A DNA stretch of 39,199 nt from Candidatus Heimdallarchaeota archaeon. GTDB lineage: Archaea; Asgardarchaeota; Heimdallarchaeia; Heimdallarchaeales; Heimdallarchaeaceae. A program made the translations under genes and the position numbers. Shown one piece after another: positions 31,122 to 38,992 of the stretch; positions within the stretch are counted from its first letter, which is position 1, and every line of letters begins with the position of its first letter. The DNA is taken from assembly GCA_016840095.1 (NCBI GenBank), contig JAEOSZ010000007.1:1-39199 (forward strand), written 5' to 3'. A model generated the notes under the pieces. The model worked only from the letters and a program-made list of their open reading frames with translations. It made no database searches and was not told the DNA's origin.

Positions 31122-31426
31122 ACATTAGAGATGGTATAAAGATATTCTTTGAAGATGTTTTTAGGATTACTAAAGAACTTCAGTTGAAAGATTCTTATGA
31201 AAGACTAACATTAGAAAAAGCAATCTCTTAGTTCATGGAAATTCTTGTCCTTATCTTAGGAAATTTCACAATTTGAGAGTTCTTTGTGTCAATTTGAGTC
31301 TTAAATTATATCTTTGATATAACCAAAATGAATGCAAAAAACTTATTTAGCATTACGCATAAGTACATAAGATATACAAATTCGTATTAAGACTAAGTAT
31401 CGGATTTTATATCATTGAAATCATGA

Positions 31427-31437
31427 AAGGAGGAGGA
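31427..31437 (+). promoter_or_regulatory. Strong ribosome-binding site of the first operon gene
   Basis: AAGGAGGAGGA immediately upstream of ATG 31440. Confidence 0.6.
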
Positions 31438-31439
31438 AA

Positions 31440-32507
31440 ATGAATCAGAAAAAAAACAGTTTTCAGAGTACTATAGATAATTTTACAAAAAAACAAACAA
31501 TAACACCTAAAAGAATCATTATCAATCCTAAAAATATTGAAACAGGAGACTTAATGAGAGAAGAATTTGATCCCAAAAAACATTATTTTCAAATAAGTAT
31601 AAATGATATTTATCTCAAGTACTCTCGTAGATGGTTTAGAGAATATGTACCTTTAGTTATAGTTATCTCTGAGTTTAAATTCAAAGGAAAACAAGTGATA
31701 ATTCCTTTCATAACAGGTCCTACTAATTTTAAGGATTTAGTAGGTGAAGACATAACTGAAGGAATGAAGTTCTCCAATACACAAGTCGTTAGTTTACGAC
31801 CATATAATGGAGGACGTATAAAATTAACTGTATTATTATGTAAAGTAGTTAAAAGAGATTACTTAAAGGAAATACTTGGATTTTTAGAAAAGACTTCAGA
31901 TTTAGTAAGTTTAGCAGGAATTAGCTCCTATTTAGAAGTTGCACAAGCAATGCTAGAAGGAGTTCAATCAGTTCTGGATTCTGGAAAAGCATCACCTATA
32001 GCAAGTATTCATGAAGAATTTGATAGCGCTACAGGAGTAGACTTTTTACCTAATTATTTTGCTTTACTAGAACCTATTGAGACCAAAATAAATAAAGAAA
32101 AACTCTATGTGAGAGATTCTGATCTTGTCTATGGTGAGAATAAGGAAAAAGCAAAACCTTTCAGAGAAACAAGTTTTGTTCTTTATAGTATTACTCAAAC
32201 AGATAAAAGAGAAGATTTAGATTCGCTACCATTCTACCCACTTTATGAAAAAACAAAGCAATATGCAATGATTCCTATTCAGAATGTATGGGATCTTACG
32301 AAATTTTACTTATCTGATCTTCAAAGGACTATACTTCTTAGCCCAAATCTAACCCCCAATCAACGAATTTCCTTAGCTGATGATATTAAGGATGAGATTT
32401 ATACGATACATAAAAAATATGCTGGAAAAAGTGATTTGGGACCCGAAGCAAGAAAATTCAAACCAGATGACATAGAGAAGAGAATTCTTGAGATTCTCAA
32501 ACTATAA
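31440..32507 (+). CDS. Hypothetical protein, first gene of the CHAT/SctV-C operon
   Basis: 355-aa ORF with a beta-rich N-half, a central amphipathic helical hairpin and a helical C-terminus. Family not recognised. Confidence 0.8.
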   Translation: MNQKKNSFQSTIDNFTKKQTITPKRIIINPKNIETGDLMREEFDPKKHYFQISINDIYLKYSRRWFREYVPLVIVISEFKFKGKQVIIPFITGPTNFKDLVGEDITEGMKFSNTQVVSLRPYNGGRIKLTVLLCKVVKRDYLKEILGFLEKTSDLVSLAGISSYLEVAQAMLEGVQSVLDSGKASPIASIHEEFDSATGVDFLPNYFALLEPIETKINKEKLYVRDSDLVYGENKEKAKPFRETSFVLYSITQTDKREDLDSLPFYPLYEKTKQYAMIPIQNVWDLTKFYLSDLQRTILLSPNLTPNQRISLADDIKDEIYTIHKKYAGKSDLGPEARKFKPDDIEKRILEILKL

Positions 32508-32527
32508 GTTAAAGAAGATGGAAAATT

Positions 32528-34027
32528 ATGGAAAGACCTGAATATAAGGATTTCAAAGTATTAGTAAAAAATCCATCAACCATTAATTATGTTACAACAG
32601 ATGATAACAATTACATAAGAGATATTCAAAAAGATAATCTTAGGGAAGGCGTAATTAGATTTTTCATAAAAATGCTAGAAAATGACAGAGTAACGACTCG
32701 AGATGAATTTAGAATATTCGGTTCATTTTTGTTTCTGAGATTGTTTACTGATGAATTTAAAAAAAGGTTTCACGACGAATATTGTAAATTTGAGAAACAA
32801 AAATCTTCTCTTTTTAGATTAACTTTAGAATTTGATACTCATGCAAGAGATTTAGCTGAATGGCCTTGGGAGTATATCTACTATCCTGGAGAACTAGATG
32901 GAAAAAGAGGTTTTTTTATTGCAACAGAAACAGAATTAGTATTAACACGCAGAATACCAGAAGTACGCGTAGATGAAGACGAGGAAATTGATAAGAAGGA
33001 CATAAATATATTAGTAGCTTTATCACAACCAGGTACTCTTGGAATAGTAATGCCAAAACCTGTTCTTGAAGCTATAGAAGATCTTCAACAAGCATATCCA
33101 GAGAGAGTAAAATTTGAAAGTATAACTGATCTTACAAAGAAGAAACTCAAAAAGAAGATTGACGAATTTAAACCACAAATTTTGCACTATATAGGTCATG
33201 GTCAATATACTGAAAAAGAAGGTTTCTTAGCAGGAAGTGAGGATGAAGAAACCGAAGAAGTTGATTGGATTGTTGATGATGATCTTGCAGATTGTGTTAA
33301 AGCTAATCCACCAAATTTAGTAATATTACAGGCATGTGAAGGAGCTCATACTTCTGATTATGTATTCTACAAAGGTGTAGCACTTCAATTAATTCAAGCT
33401 GATGTTGCAGCTGTCATAGCCATGCAATACCCAATAATTAATGATATGGCAAATGAATTCTCACAAGAATTTTACAATGCTTTAAAGGAGAAGAAAGGTA
33501 TTGAGGAAGCTGTACAACAAGGTAGAAATAGTTTAGCATGGAAGAACAGAAGAAATTATAGTAGTCGTGATTTCGGAAGTCCCGTTGTATATATGCAATG
33601 CCCAGAAGGAATTTATTTTTTCACAAAAGACAAAGATGATACAGAAGAATTTGAGGTTCATGAAGTTCCGACTATTATGACTGGTAAAGTTGATTGTCCT
33701 TATAGTGGATGTCATGGAGAAGTAAGACGAGATGCACTAATCTGTACTGCGTGTAAACAACCTTTAGAGCAATGCCCAAATCCAAGCTGTAGAAGAGTTA
33801 TTGAGAAAGGAGGTACTTGTGATAGATGTGAACCAACTACATTTGAAATGGCTAAGGAAAAAGCTGCAGTTACTGAAGATGTTTACTCAAGAGAGACATT
33901 AGATTCTTTAGTTAGAATTGGTGAAAATATCAAGGAACCTGAGAGTAAAAAGCACAAGATACCTATGAAACCCAAGGATACAAGTACTAAAAACACGAAG
34001 GAATCAGAGGATTCAGTATCTAATTGA
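32528..34027 (+). CDS. CHAT-domain (caspase-like, clan CD) cysteine protease with C-terminal double zinc ribbon
   Basis: LAEWPWEYIY, ILHYIGHG (H224), LVILQACEG (C270), AVIAMQYPI..A..FS..FY..L and AV..GR. C-terminal CPYSGC..CTAC..CPNPSC..CDRC. Confidence 0.9.
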   Translation: MERPEYKDFKVLVKNPSTINYVTTDDNNYIRDIQKDNLREGVIRFFIKMLENDRVTTRDEFRIFGSFLFLRLFTDEFKKRFHDEYCKFEKQKSSLFRLTLEFDTHARDLAEWPWEYIYYPGELDGKRGFFIATETELVLTRRIPEVRVDEDEEIDKKDINILVALSQPGTLGIVMPKPVLEAIEDLQQAYPERVKFESITDLTKKKLKKKIDEFKPQILHYIGHGQYTEKEGFLAGSEDEETEEVDWIVDDDLADCVKANPPNLVILQACEGAHTSDYVFYKGVALQLIQADVAAVIAMQYPIINDMANEFSQEFYNALKEKKGIEEAVQQGRNSLAWKNRRNYSSRDFGSPVVYMQCPEGIYFFTKDKDDTEEFEVHEVPTIMTGKVDCPYSGCHGEVRRDALICTACKQPLEQCPNPSCRRVIEKGGTCDRCEPTTFEMAKEKAAVTEDVYSRETLDSLVRIGENIKEPESKKHKIPMKPKDTSTKNTKESEDSVSN

Positions 34028-34036
34028 GGTTTTAGC

Positions 34037-36832
34037 ATGAAGATTGGAAAAGAATTTATAAATATCTTCGCTGAAACTTATCACGAAGCTGCACTATCTA
34101 ATTCAAATATGAGAAACGTAACAGAAGCTTTAGAGACAATTCGTTCAGTCATTGCAAGTGAGTCTAGCTATTTAGAGGTTTGGGATGAAATAGATACTCA
34201 ATTAGGACGAGCGGAAATTGTACGCTTCCTTCCTGTTTTGATTGCATTTCGAGACAAATTTATAGACTATATACTCAAAAGAGAAATCACTAGACTATAT
34301 GAGGAATTCAATAAAGACAAACACAAAGGTTGGCAAATATGGATAGAAGATTATGTTGCTGCACTAAATAATTTTAGAACATCAATTCTTATTCCTCTGA
34401 TAACAGAGAAATTCCCTTTTGCATCACCTTATAAAAAGGTAATTGAAAAAATCAGAGAACTAACACCATATGTAGTACAAAATAGATGGCCAGAAACATT
34501 TGATTTATATGTAATGTTAATGGAGACAGAATATATCTCTAAGGAACAAAAAGCCCTGTTGTATTGTATGGCAGGGAGAATCGAATTATATCAATACATG
34601 AATCCTAAAAATGCATTGGATTATTTCCAGAAAGCTCAAGAACTATCACCTAATAATGGAAGAGTTATTGCAGGTATGGGAGAATACTTGTTACAACAAA
34701 ACCAGATTACAGAAGCTAAACAAATCTTTGAGAAAGCAATGGAATTAGATCCAGATTTTGAAGGATATTCTGCAATAGGAGATTGTTATCTAAAATTGGA
34801 GGATTATAAAGCAGCAGAAGCATGGTATCATGATGCAATAATAGAAAAAAGTGGTTGGAAATCAGGATATATCAGTTTAATACGACTTTATGGAGAACCT
34901 CATCTCTTTTCTAGTCATAAACGTCGATTACAGAATCTAATTGTAAGATCAAATGCAGTTTATCCAGATACTGAGTTCTACACATATATTGACGTTGGTT
35001 ATATTTACCAAAAAAATAAGATGTACAAGGAAGCTCAGGAATGGTACGATAAAGCCCTAGAATTTGAAATTGGTAAGTATCATGGACATATTAGCAAGGG
35101 TTATGCATATCTTGAAGAAGGAGATTATGTTAAAGCTTCAGAAATTTTTGAATACGTAATTAAGTTTGCACCAGAATCTTTGGATGGTTATTGGGGAAAA
35201 GCTATAATTCATGACAGAGAAGAACAATGGGCAGAAGCACTAAAATATTATGAAAAGAGTTATGAAGTTCGACCACAATGGAAAAAAATAATTAATGAAA
35301 GAATAAATGTAACAAAATGGAATCTTGGAAAACAGAAAGAAGCAATTGAGGGTACTTTCAAATTGCTTGAAGAGGATAAAACTGATGAAAATATAACAAG
35401 CAGATTGCATAATTTTGCATGCGAATTATACCAAGATTTTAATCAAACAGAACAAGCAGTCAGCATTTTTTCTAGGCTAAGAACATTAAAAGGAAGTGAC
35501 TATGAGGCAGAATATCACAATCAAATTGGAAATTTAAGATACTGGAATAGTGAATATAAAGACGCTATAAAAGAGTATCAGAAAGCAATTAAGGCAGATT
35601 CGAGTAAAGCAGTATATTTTTCTAACCTCTCGGGAGCATATAGAGAATATGATGAATCTGATAAAGAGATAAACTTGCTTGATGATGCAATTTCTACGCT
35701 CGAAAAAGCAATTCATCTTAAACCTGATGAATATGCTTACATCACTAAGCTTGAAGAATTGAATAGAAAACGAGATAAGAAAGCAAATTATGGTGAAGAT
35801 ATTCTCACAATGTATCAAGTAGTTACTCCTATAGCTGTAGAAGTTGCAGCAAATCTTATTCCTTACATCGAAGATATCAAAGCAGGCACTTTGAGAGAAG
35901 AACTCTCTACAACGATAGATATTATAAGAAAAAGAATTCTAGGTGAATTTGGCATAAAAGTTCCAGGAATTAGATTTAGGGGAAATGAAACAGATCTTAA
36001 AGATGGAACTTATATTATCTTATTGAATGAAACACCTTTAGAATCAAATGTGGTTTCACCTGAAAGAAAATTATTTACAGGAAGTATAGATGAAATTGAA
36101 CAACTAGGAATTAAAAGAGAAGAAACGTTTAATCCAGTAACAGGAGAAAATGCTTTTTGGGTTTGGAAGGAAGATTTTGAAAGACTATCTTCAGTAGCAG
36201 ACAAATGCTTGAATTTTACTGAATATTTTGTTAATCACATTGAATCTGTTCTTCGAGATAATTTGCAGAATTTCTTTGGATATCAAGAAACAATGAATTT
36301 GCTAGAAGATTCAGAAGAGGAATTTTTCCTTCAATTTGATAACTCAGATGATAAATTCATTGCTTTAGTCAAGGTACTCAAATCTCTTGTATCAGATAAA
36401 ATATCAATTCAACCGTTCAACGCTATATACGAAAGTTTTACTACTCTATATGAAGAAGGGAAAAACACCACTGAAATAGTTGAGAGATTAAGATCATTAC
36501 CTTCCATACAACCTGTACTTCCAGGTAACAATGCTAAGTTTTCATTTTACGAACTAGGTGAAGATTTTGAAGAAATGATTCAAAAGTCGATTCAGAGGAA
36601 ATATGAAAATCCAATTTTACTTCTAGAACCAGAAGATTGTCAAGAAGCTTTAACGTCAATCAGAAGAGGAGTCTATTCTTATAACAAAACTACTTTAGTT
36701 GTAAAAAATGCAGAAATACGACCATTTGTGCATAAACTAATCGAGTTAGAATTCCCAAACATAAATGTTTTATCTTATCAAGAATTATCACCTGAATTTC
36801 AAAATAAAATCTTAGGAGTGATTGAATTATGA
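34037..36832 (+). CDS. TPR-repeat protein fused to an SctV/FlhA (FHIPEP) cytoplasmic domain
   Basis: About 10 TPRs (e.g. GRVIAGMGEYLLQQNQITEAKQIFEKAMELDPD). From about 35820: VTPIAVEV, EFGIKVPGIRFRGNETDL..YIILLNE, FFGYQET, LKSLVSDKISI and IRPFVHKLIELEFPNINVLSYQEL. No TM helices. Confidence 0.88.
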   Translation: MKIGKEFINIFAETYHEAALSNSNMRNVTEALETIRSVIASESSYLEVWDEIDTQLGRAEIVRFLPVLIAFRDKFIDYILKREITRLYEEFNKDKHKGWQIWIEDYVAALNNFRTSILIPLITEKFPFASPYKKVIEKIRELTPYVVQNRWPETFDLYVMLMETEYISKEQKALLYCMAGRIELYQYMNPKNALDYFQKAQELSPNNGRVIAGMGEYLLQQNQITEAKQIFEKAMELDPDFEGYSAIGDCYLKLEDYKAAEAWYHDAIIEKSGWKSGYISLIRLYGEPHLFSSHKRRLQNLIVRSNAVYPDTEFYTYIDVGYIYQKNKMYKEAQEWYDKALEFEIGKYHGHISKGYAYLEEGDYVKASEIFEYVIKFAPESLDGYWGKAIIHDREEQWAEALKYYEKSYEVRPQWKKIINERINVTKWNLGKQKEAIEGTFKLLEEDKTDENITSRLHNFACELYQDFNQTEQAVSIFSRLRTLKGSDYEAEYHNQIGNLRYWNSEYKDAIKEYQKAIKADSSKAVYFSNLSGAYREYDESDKEINLLDDAISTLEKAIHLKPDEYAYITKLEELNRKRDKKANYGEDILTMYQVVTPIAVEVAANLIPYIEDIKAGTLREELSTTIDIIRKRILGEFGIKVPGIRFRGNETDLKDGTYIILLNETPLESNVVSPERKLFTGSIDEIEQLGIKREETFNPVTGENAFWVWKEDFERLSSVADKCLNFTEYFVNHIESVLRDNLQNFFGYQETMNLLEDSEEEFFLQFDNSDDKFIALVKVLKSLVSDKISIQPFNAIYESFTTLYEEGKNTTEIVERLRSLPSIQPVLPGNNAKFSFYELGEDFEEMIQKSIQRKYENPILLLEPEDCQEALTSIRRGVYSYNKTTLVVKNAEIRPFVHKLIELEFPNINVLSYQELSPEFQNKILGVIEL

Positions 36833-36878
36833 TTAGAAGAATGAAAATCAACAGAGATGAACTGATGGTGAGTATAAG

Positions 36879-38510
36879 ATGACACTAGATTCTTCCCAAT
36901 TAGGAGATATTTTGATAGAAATAGAACTTGATCCATCTGTATTTCATCTAGCAAAAACTAGAGATGAGAAAAATAGAGATTTAAATGAATACTTACTTAA
37001 ATATTCAACTGACATCCTAGCAGATTTAAAGATACCAGCAAATATTACTCTCAATTTATCCGAAGAGGTGAATTTAAAGAATCAAATAATGAACGACTTT
37101 CAAGTTAAGATAAATGAAGAAGTATGTAGACTACCATTTCTACACCGTTCTATAGAACATCTGGATGCTCAAACGCTAGCTAGAGATATACTTATTGGTA
37201 TTTATAAGAATCTTGAATTATTTTTGTCAGAATCATTAGTGAAGAGCATTAAAGAAAAATGGACAGCAGAGAGTAACAGCAAATTATTAAGTAATTTATC
37301 TTTGGAAGATTTCCATAGCTTATTGAAAGAACTAGTTTCTCGGTACTTCAGAATCAATAAAATAAAAGATACTATTATTAAAACAAATGAAAGCGGGTTA
37401 GAAGAATTGAACAAAAGTTGGATTCTTGAAGAGTCAACCGCTGGATGGGATGTACATAAAGTTAAGCTATTTCTAAACAATCTAGATGAATTTGATTCTA
37501 TTAAGCTAAGTTCAGAAGGAACGAATTTTCCAGTAGAATCCATAGAAGATATGTTCATTATGATGAGAGATGGACTTTTTTATGAACTCGGAATTTTGCT
37601 TCCTCAAGTGAAATTTATACAAGATAAAAGTCTTGATGACAATGAATTCAGAGTTCAAATAAACGATCTAAGATTTTATCCTAAATGTAGAATTCTGAGA
37701 AATTACTTTCTTGTGAATGATACAGTTGATAGGTTAGCACTACTCAATATAGAAGGAAAACACATCTTAAATCCAGCAAATGATAGTGAATGTGCTATAG
37801 TTAAAAATGAGAACAATAATGAAGAATTATGCATGGAAGCTGGTTTAACAACTTGGAAACCTGAGGGATTTGTAGTACTAAGTGTCTCAGCTCTTGTTAG
37901 AAAAAATGCAGCAGTCTTCATGAATAAAAAAATAGTTGAACACATGCTGATGCAGCTAAATCTAGTATTTCCAGATCTTATTGATGCAGTAAAGAGTCGC
38001 TACAGTAATGATGAACTTACTGCAATACTTCGTGGATTATTAAAAGAAGAAATCTCTATTAGAAATCTTCGTACTATATTAGAAGCATTGCTTGATTCAG
38101 AACATCACAAAGAAAAACCTCTGAATATTGAAAACACAGTAGATTCTATTAGAATTGGTTTGAAACGATATATTACAAATAAATATACAAGATCATCGAA
38201 CACATTAGTCACTTATTTACTAGAGAAAGAATTGGAAGAACTAATCCTTTCAATTGATAGAAATTCGTTAAGAGTAAGAAATAAGAATCATGATCTTTTA
38301 ATTAAATCATTATATGCTGAATATGGTAAAGCTCCTCCCACTGCACAAACACCCATTATTCTAACTACTTATGAAGTTCGAAACTATTTTAGAAAATTAA
38401 TTGCGAAGGAATTTCCATGGGTAGCTGTATTAAGTTATCAGGAATTATCTCCTGATATGAATATACAGCCAATTGGTAAGATATCTAAATATGAGGAGGA
38501 AATAAGGTGA
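36879..38510 (+). CDS. Soluble SctV/FlhA (FHIPEP) cytoplasmic-domain protein
   Basis: MRDGLFYELGILLPQV, FPDLI, ILRGLLKEEISIRNLRTILE, LKRYI, YLL and PIILTTYEVRNYFRKLIAKEFPWVAVLSYQELSPDMNIQPIGKI, all hallmark SctV-C motifs. No N-terminal TM domain. GGTGAG SD. Confidence 0.9.
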   Translation: MTLDSSQLGDILIEIELDPSVFHLAKTRDEKNRDLNEYLLKYSTDILADLKIPANITLNLSEEVNLKNQIMNDFQVKINEEVCRLPFLHRSIEHLDAQTLARDILIGIYKNLELFLSESLVKSIKEKWTAESNSKLLSNLSLEDFHSLLKELVSRYFRINKIKDTIIKTNESGLEELNKSWILEESTAGWDVHKVKLFLNNLDEFDSIKLSSEGTNFPVESIEDMFIMMRDGLFYELGILLPQVKFIQDKSLDDNEFRVQINDLRFYPKCRILRNYFLVNDTVDRLALLNIEGKHILNPANDSECAIVKNENNNEELCMEAGLTTWKPEGFVVLSVSALVRKNAAVFMNKKIVEHMLMQLNLVFPDLIDAVKSRYSNDELTAILRGLLKEEISIRNLRTILEALLDSEHHKEKPLNIENTVDSIRIGLKRYITNKYTRSSNTLVTYLLEKELEELILSIDRNSLRVRNKNHDLLIKSLYAEYGKAPPTAQTPIILTTYEVRNYFRKLIAKEFPWVAVLSYQELSPDMNIQPIGKISKYEEEIR

Positions 38511-38992
38511 TAAATGTGATTGAAGAAACAACTGCTAAATATCTAGAGTATATGATTCATAGTTTTATGAATGGTTTAGAAACTTTACTAGAAATTGATG
38601 GTTTAAGTGATGAAGAATTGGAGACAATCTATGCACTAGGGTATAATTACTTTACTTATGGAAAATATGAGGCAGCAAGAGATATTTTTGAGCTACTAAC
38701 TGCATATGCTCCTTATACTCCACATTATTGGCGTGCCTTAGGAGCAGTAAATCAACAATTAGAAGATTACAAACCTTCGATTGAAGCATATGATATGGCA
38801 ATAATTATGGATGAAAAGGATGTTGTTAGTTATGTCTATCGAGGAGAAACACAGATTCTATCAGGCAATATTGAAGAGGGGTTAAGAGATTTAGATACAG
38901 TCATAAAAATCGGATCATTTTATCCAGAATGGCAATCCTGGGTTGAGAGAGCAACATTACTACTCAAAATTCTTAAACCAAAACAACCCTAA
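38507..38992 (+). CDS. SycD/LcrH (class II T3SS translocator chaperone)-like TPR protein
   Basis: 161 aa, acidic. GLSDEELETIYALGYNYFTYGKYEAARDIFELL...YWRALGAVNQQLEDY..SIEAY..A, a 3-TPR layout typical of SycD/LcrH/IpgC. GTGA overlap with the upstream stop, and GAGGAGGA SD. Confidence 0.8.
   Translation: MINVIEETTAKYLEYMIHSFMNGLETLLEIDGLSDEELETIYALGYNYFTYGKYEAARDIFELLTAYAPYTPHYWRALGAVNQQLEDYKPSIEAYDMAIIMDEKDVVSYVYRGETQILSGNIEEGLRDLDTVIKIGSFYPEWQSWVERATLLLKILKPKQP

Noticed and set aside
31440-32507. Calling the lead gene a gasdermin or a T3SS translocator
   Set aside because: There is no N-terminal Cys typical of bacterial gasdermins, no long TM segments, and no clear P/V-x-L-x-x-P SycD-binding motif. 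Kept only as a functional hypothesis.
32528-36832. CRISPR type III-E Craspase (TPR-CHAT) locus
   Set aside because: No Cas genes or repeat-spacer array in the window, and TPR and CHAT are in separate genes with a different architecture.
252-37945. Numerous 60-120 aa antisense or nested ORFs in the track (e.g. 252-482, 958-1170, 9742-10086, 28924-29232, 37202-37558)
   Set aside because: They are shadow frames of well-supported genes or low-complexity sequence with no family motifs.
34037-38510. A single flhA/sctV gene broken by frameshift, or a decaying T3SS pseudogene
   Set aside because: Both ORFs are long and intact, each has its own complete SctV C-terminus and RBS, and neither has TM-domain remnants.
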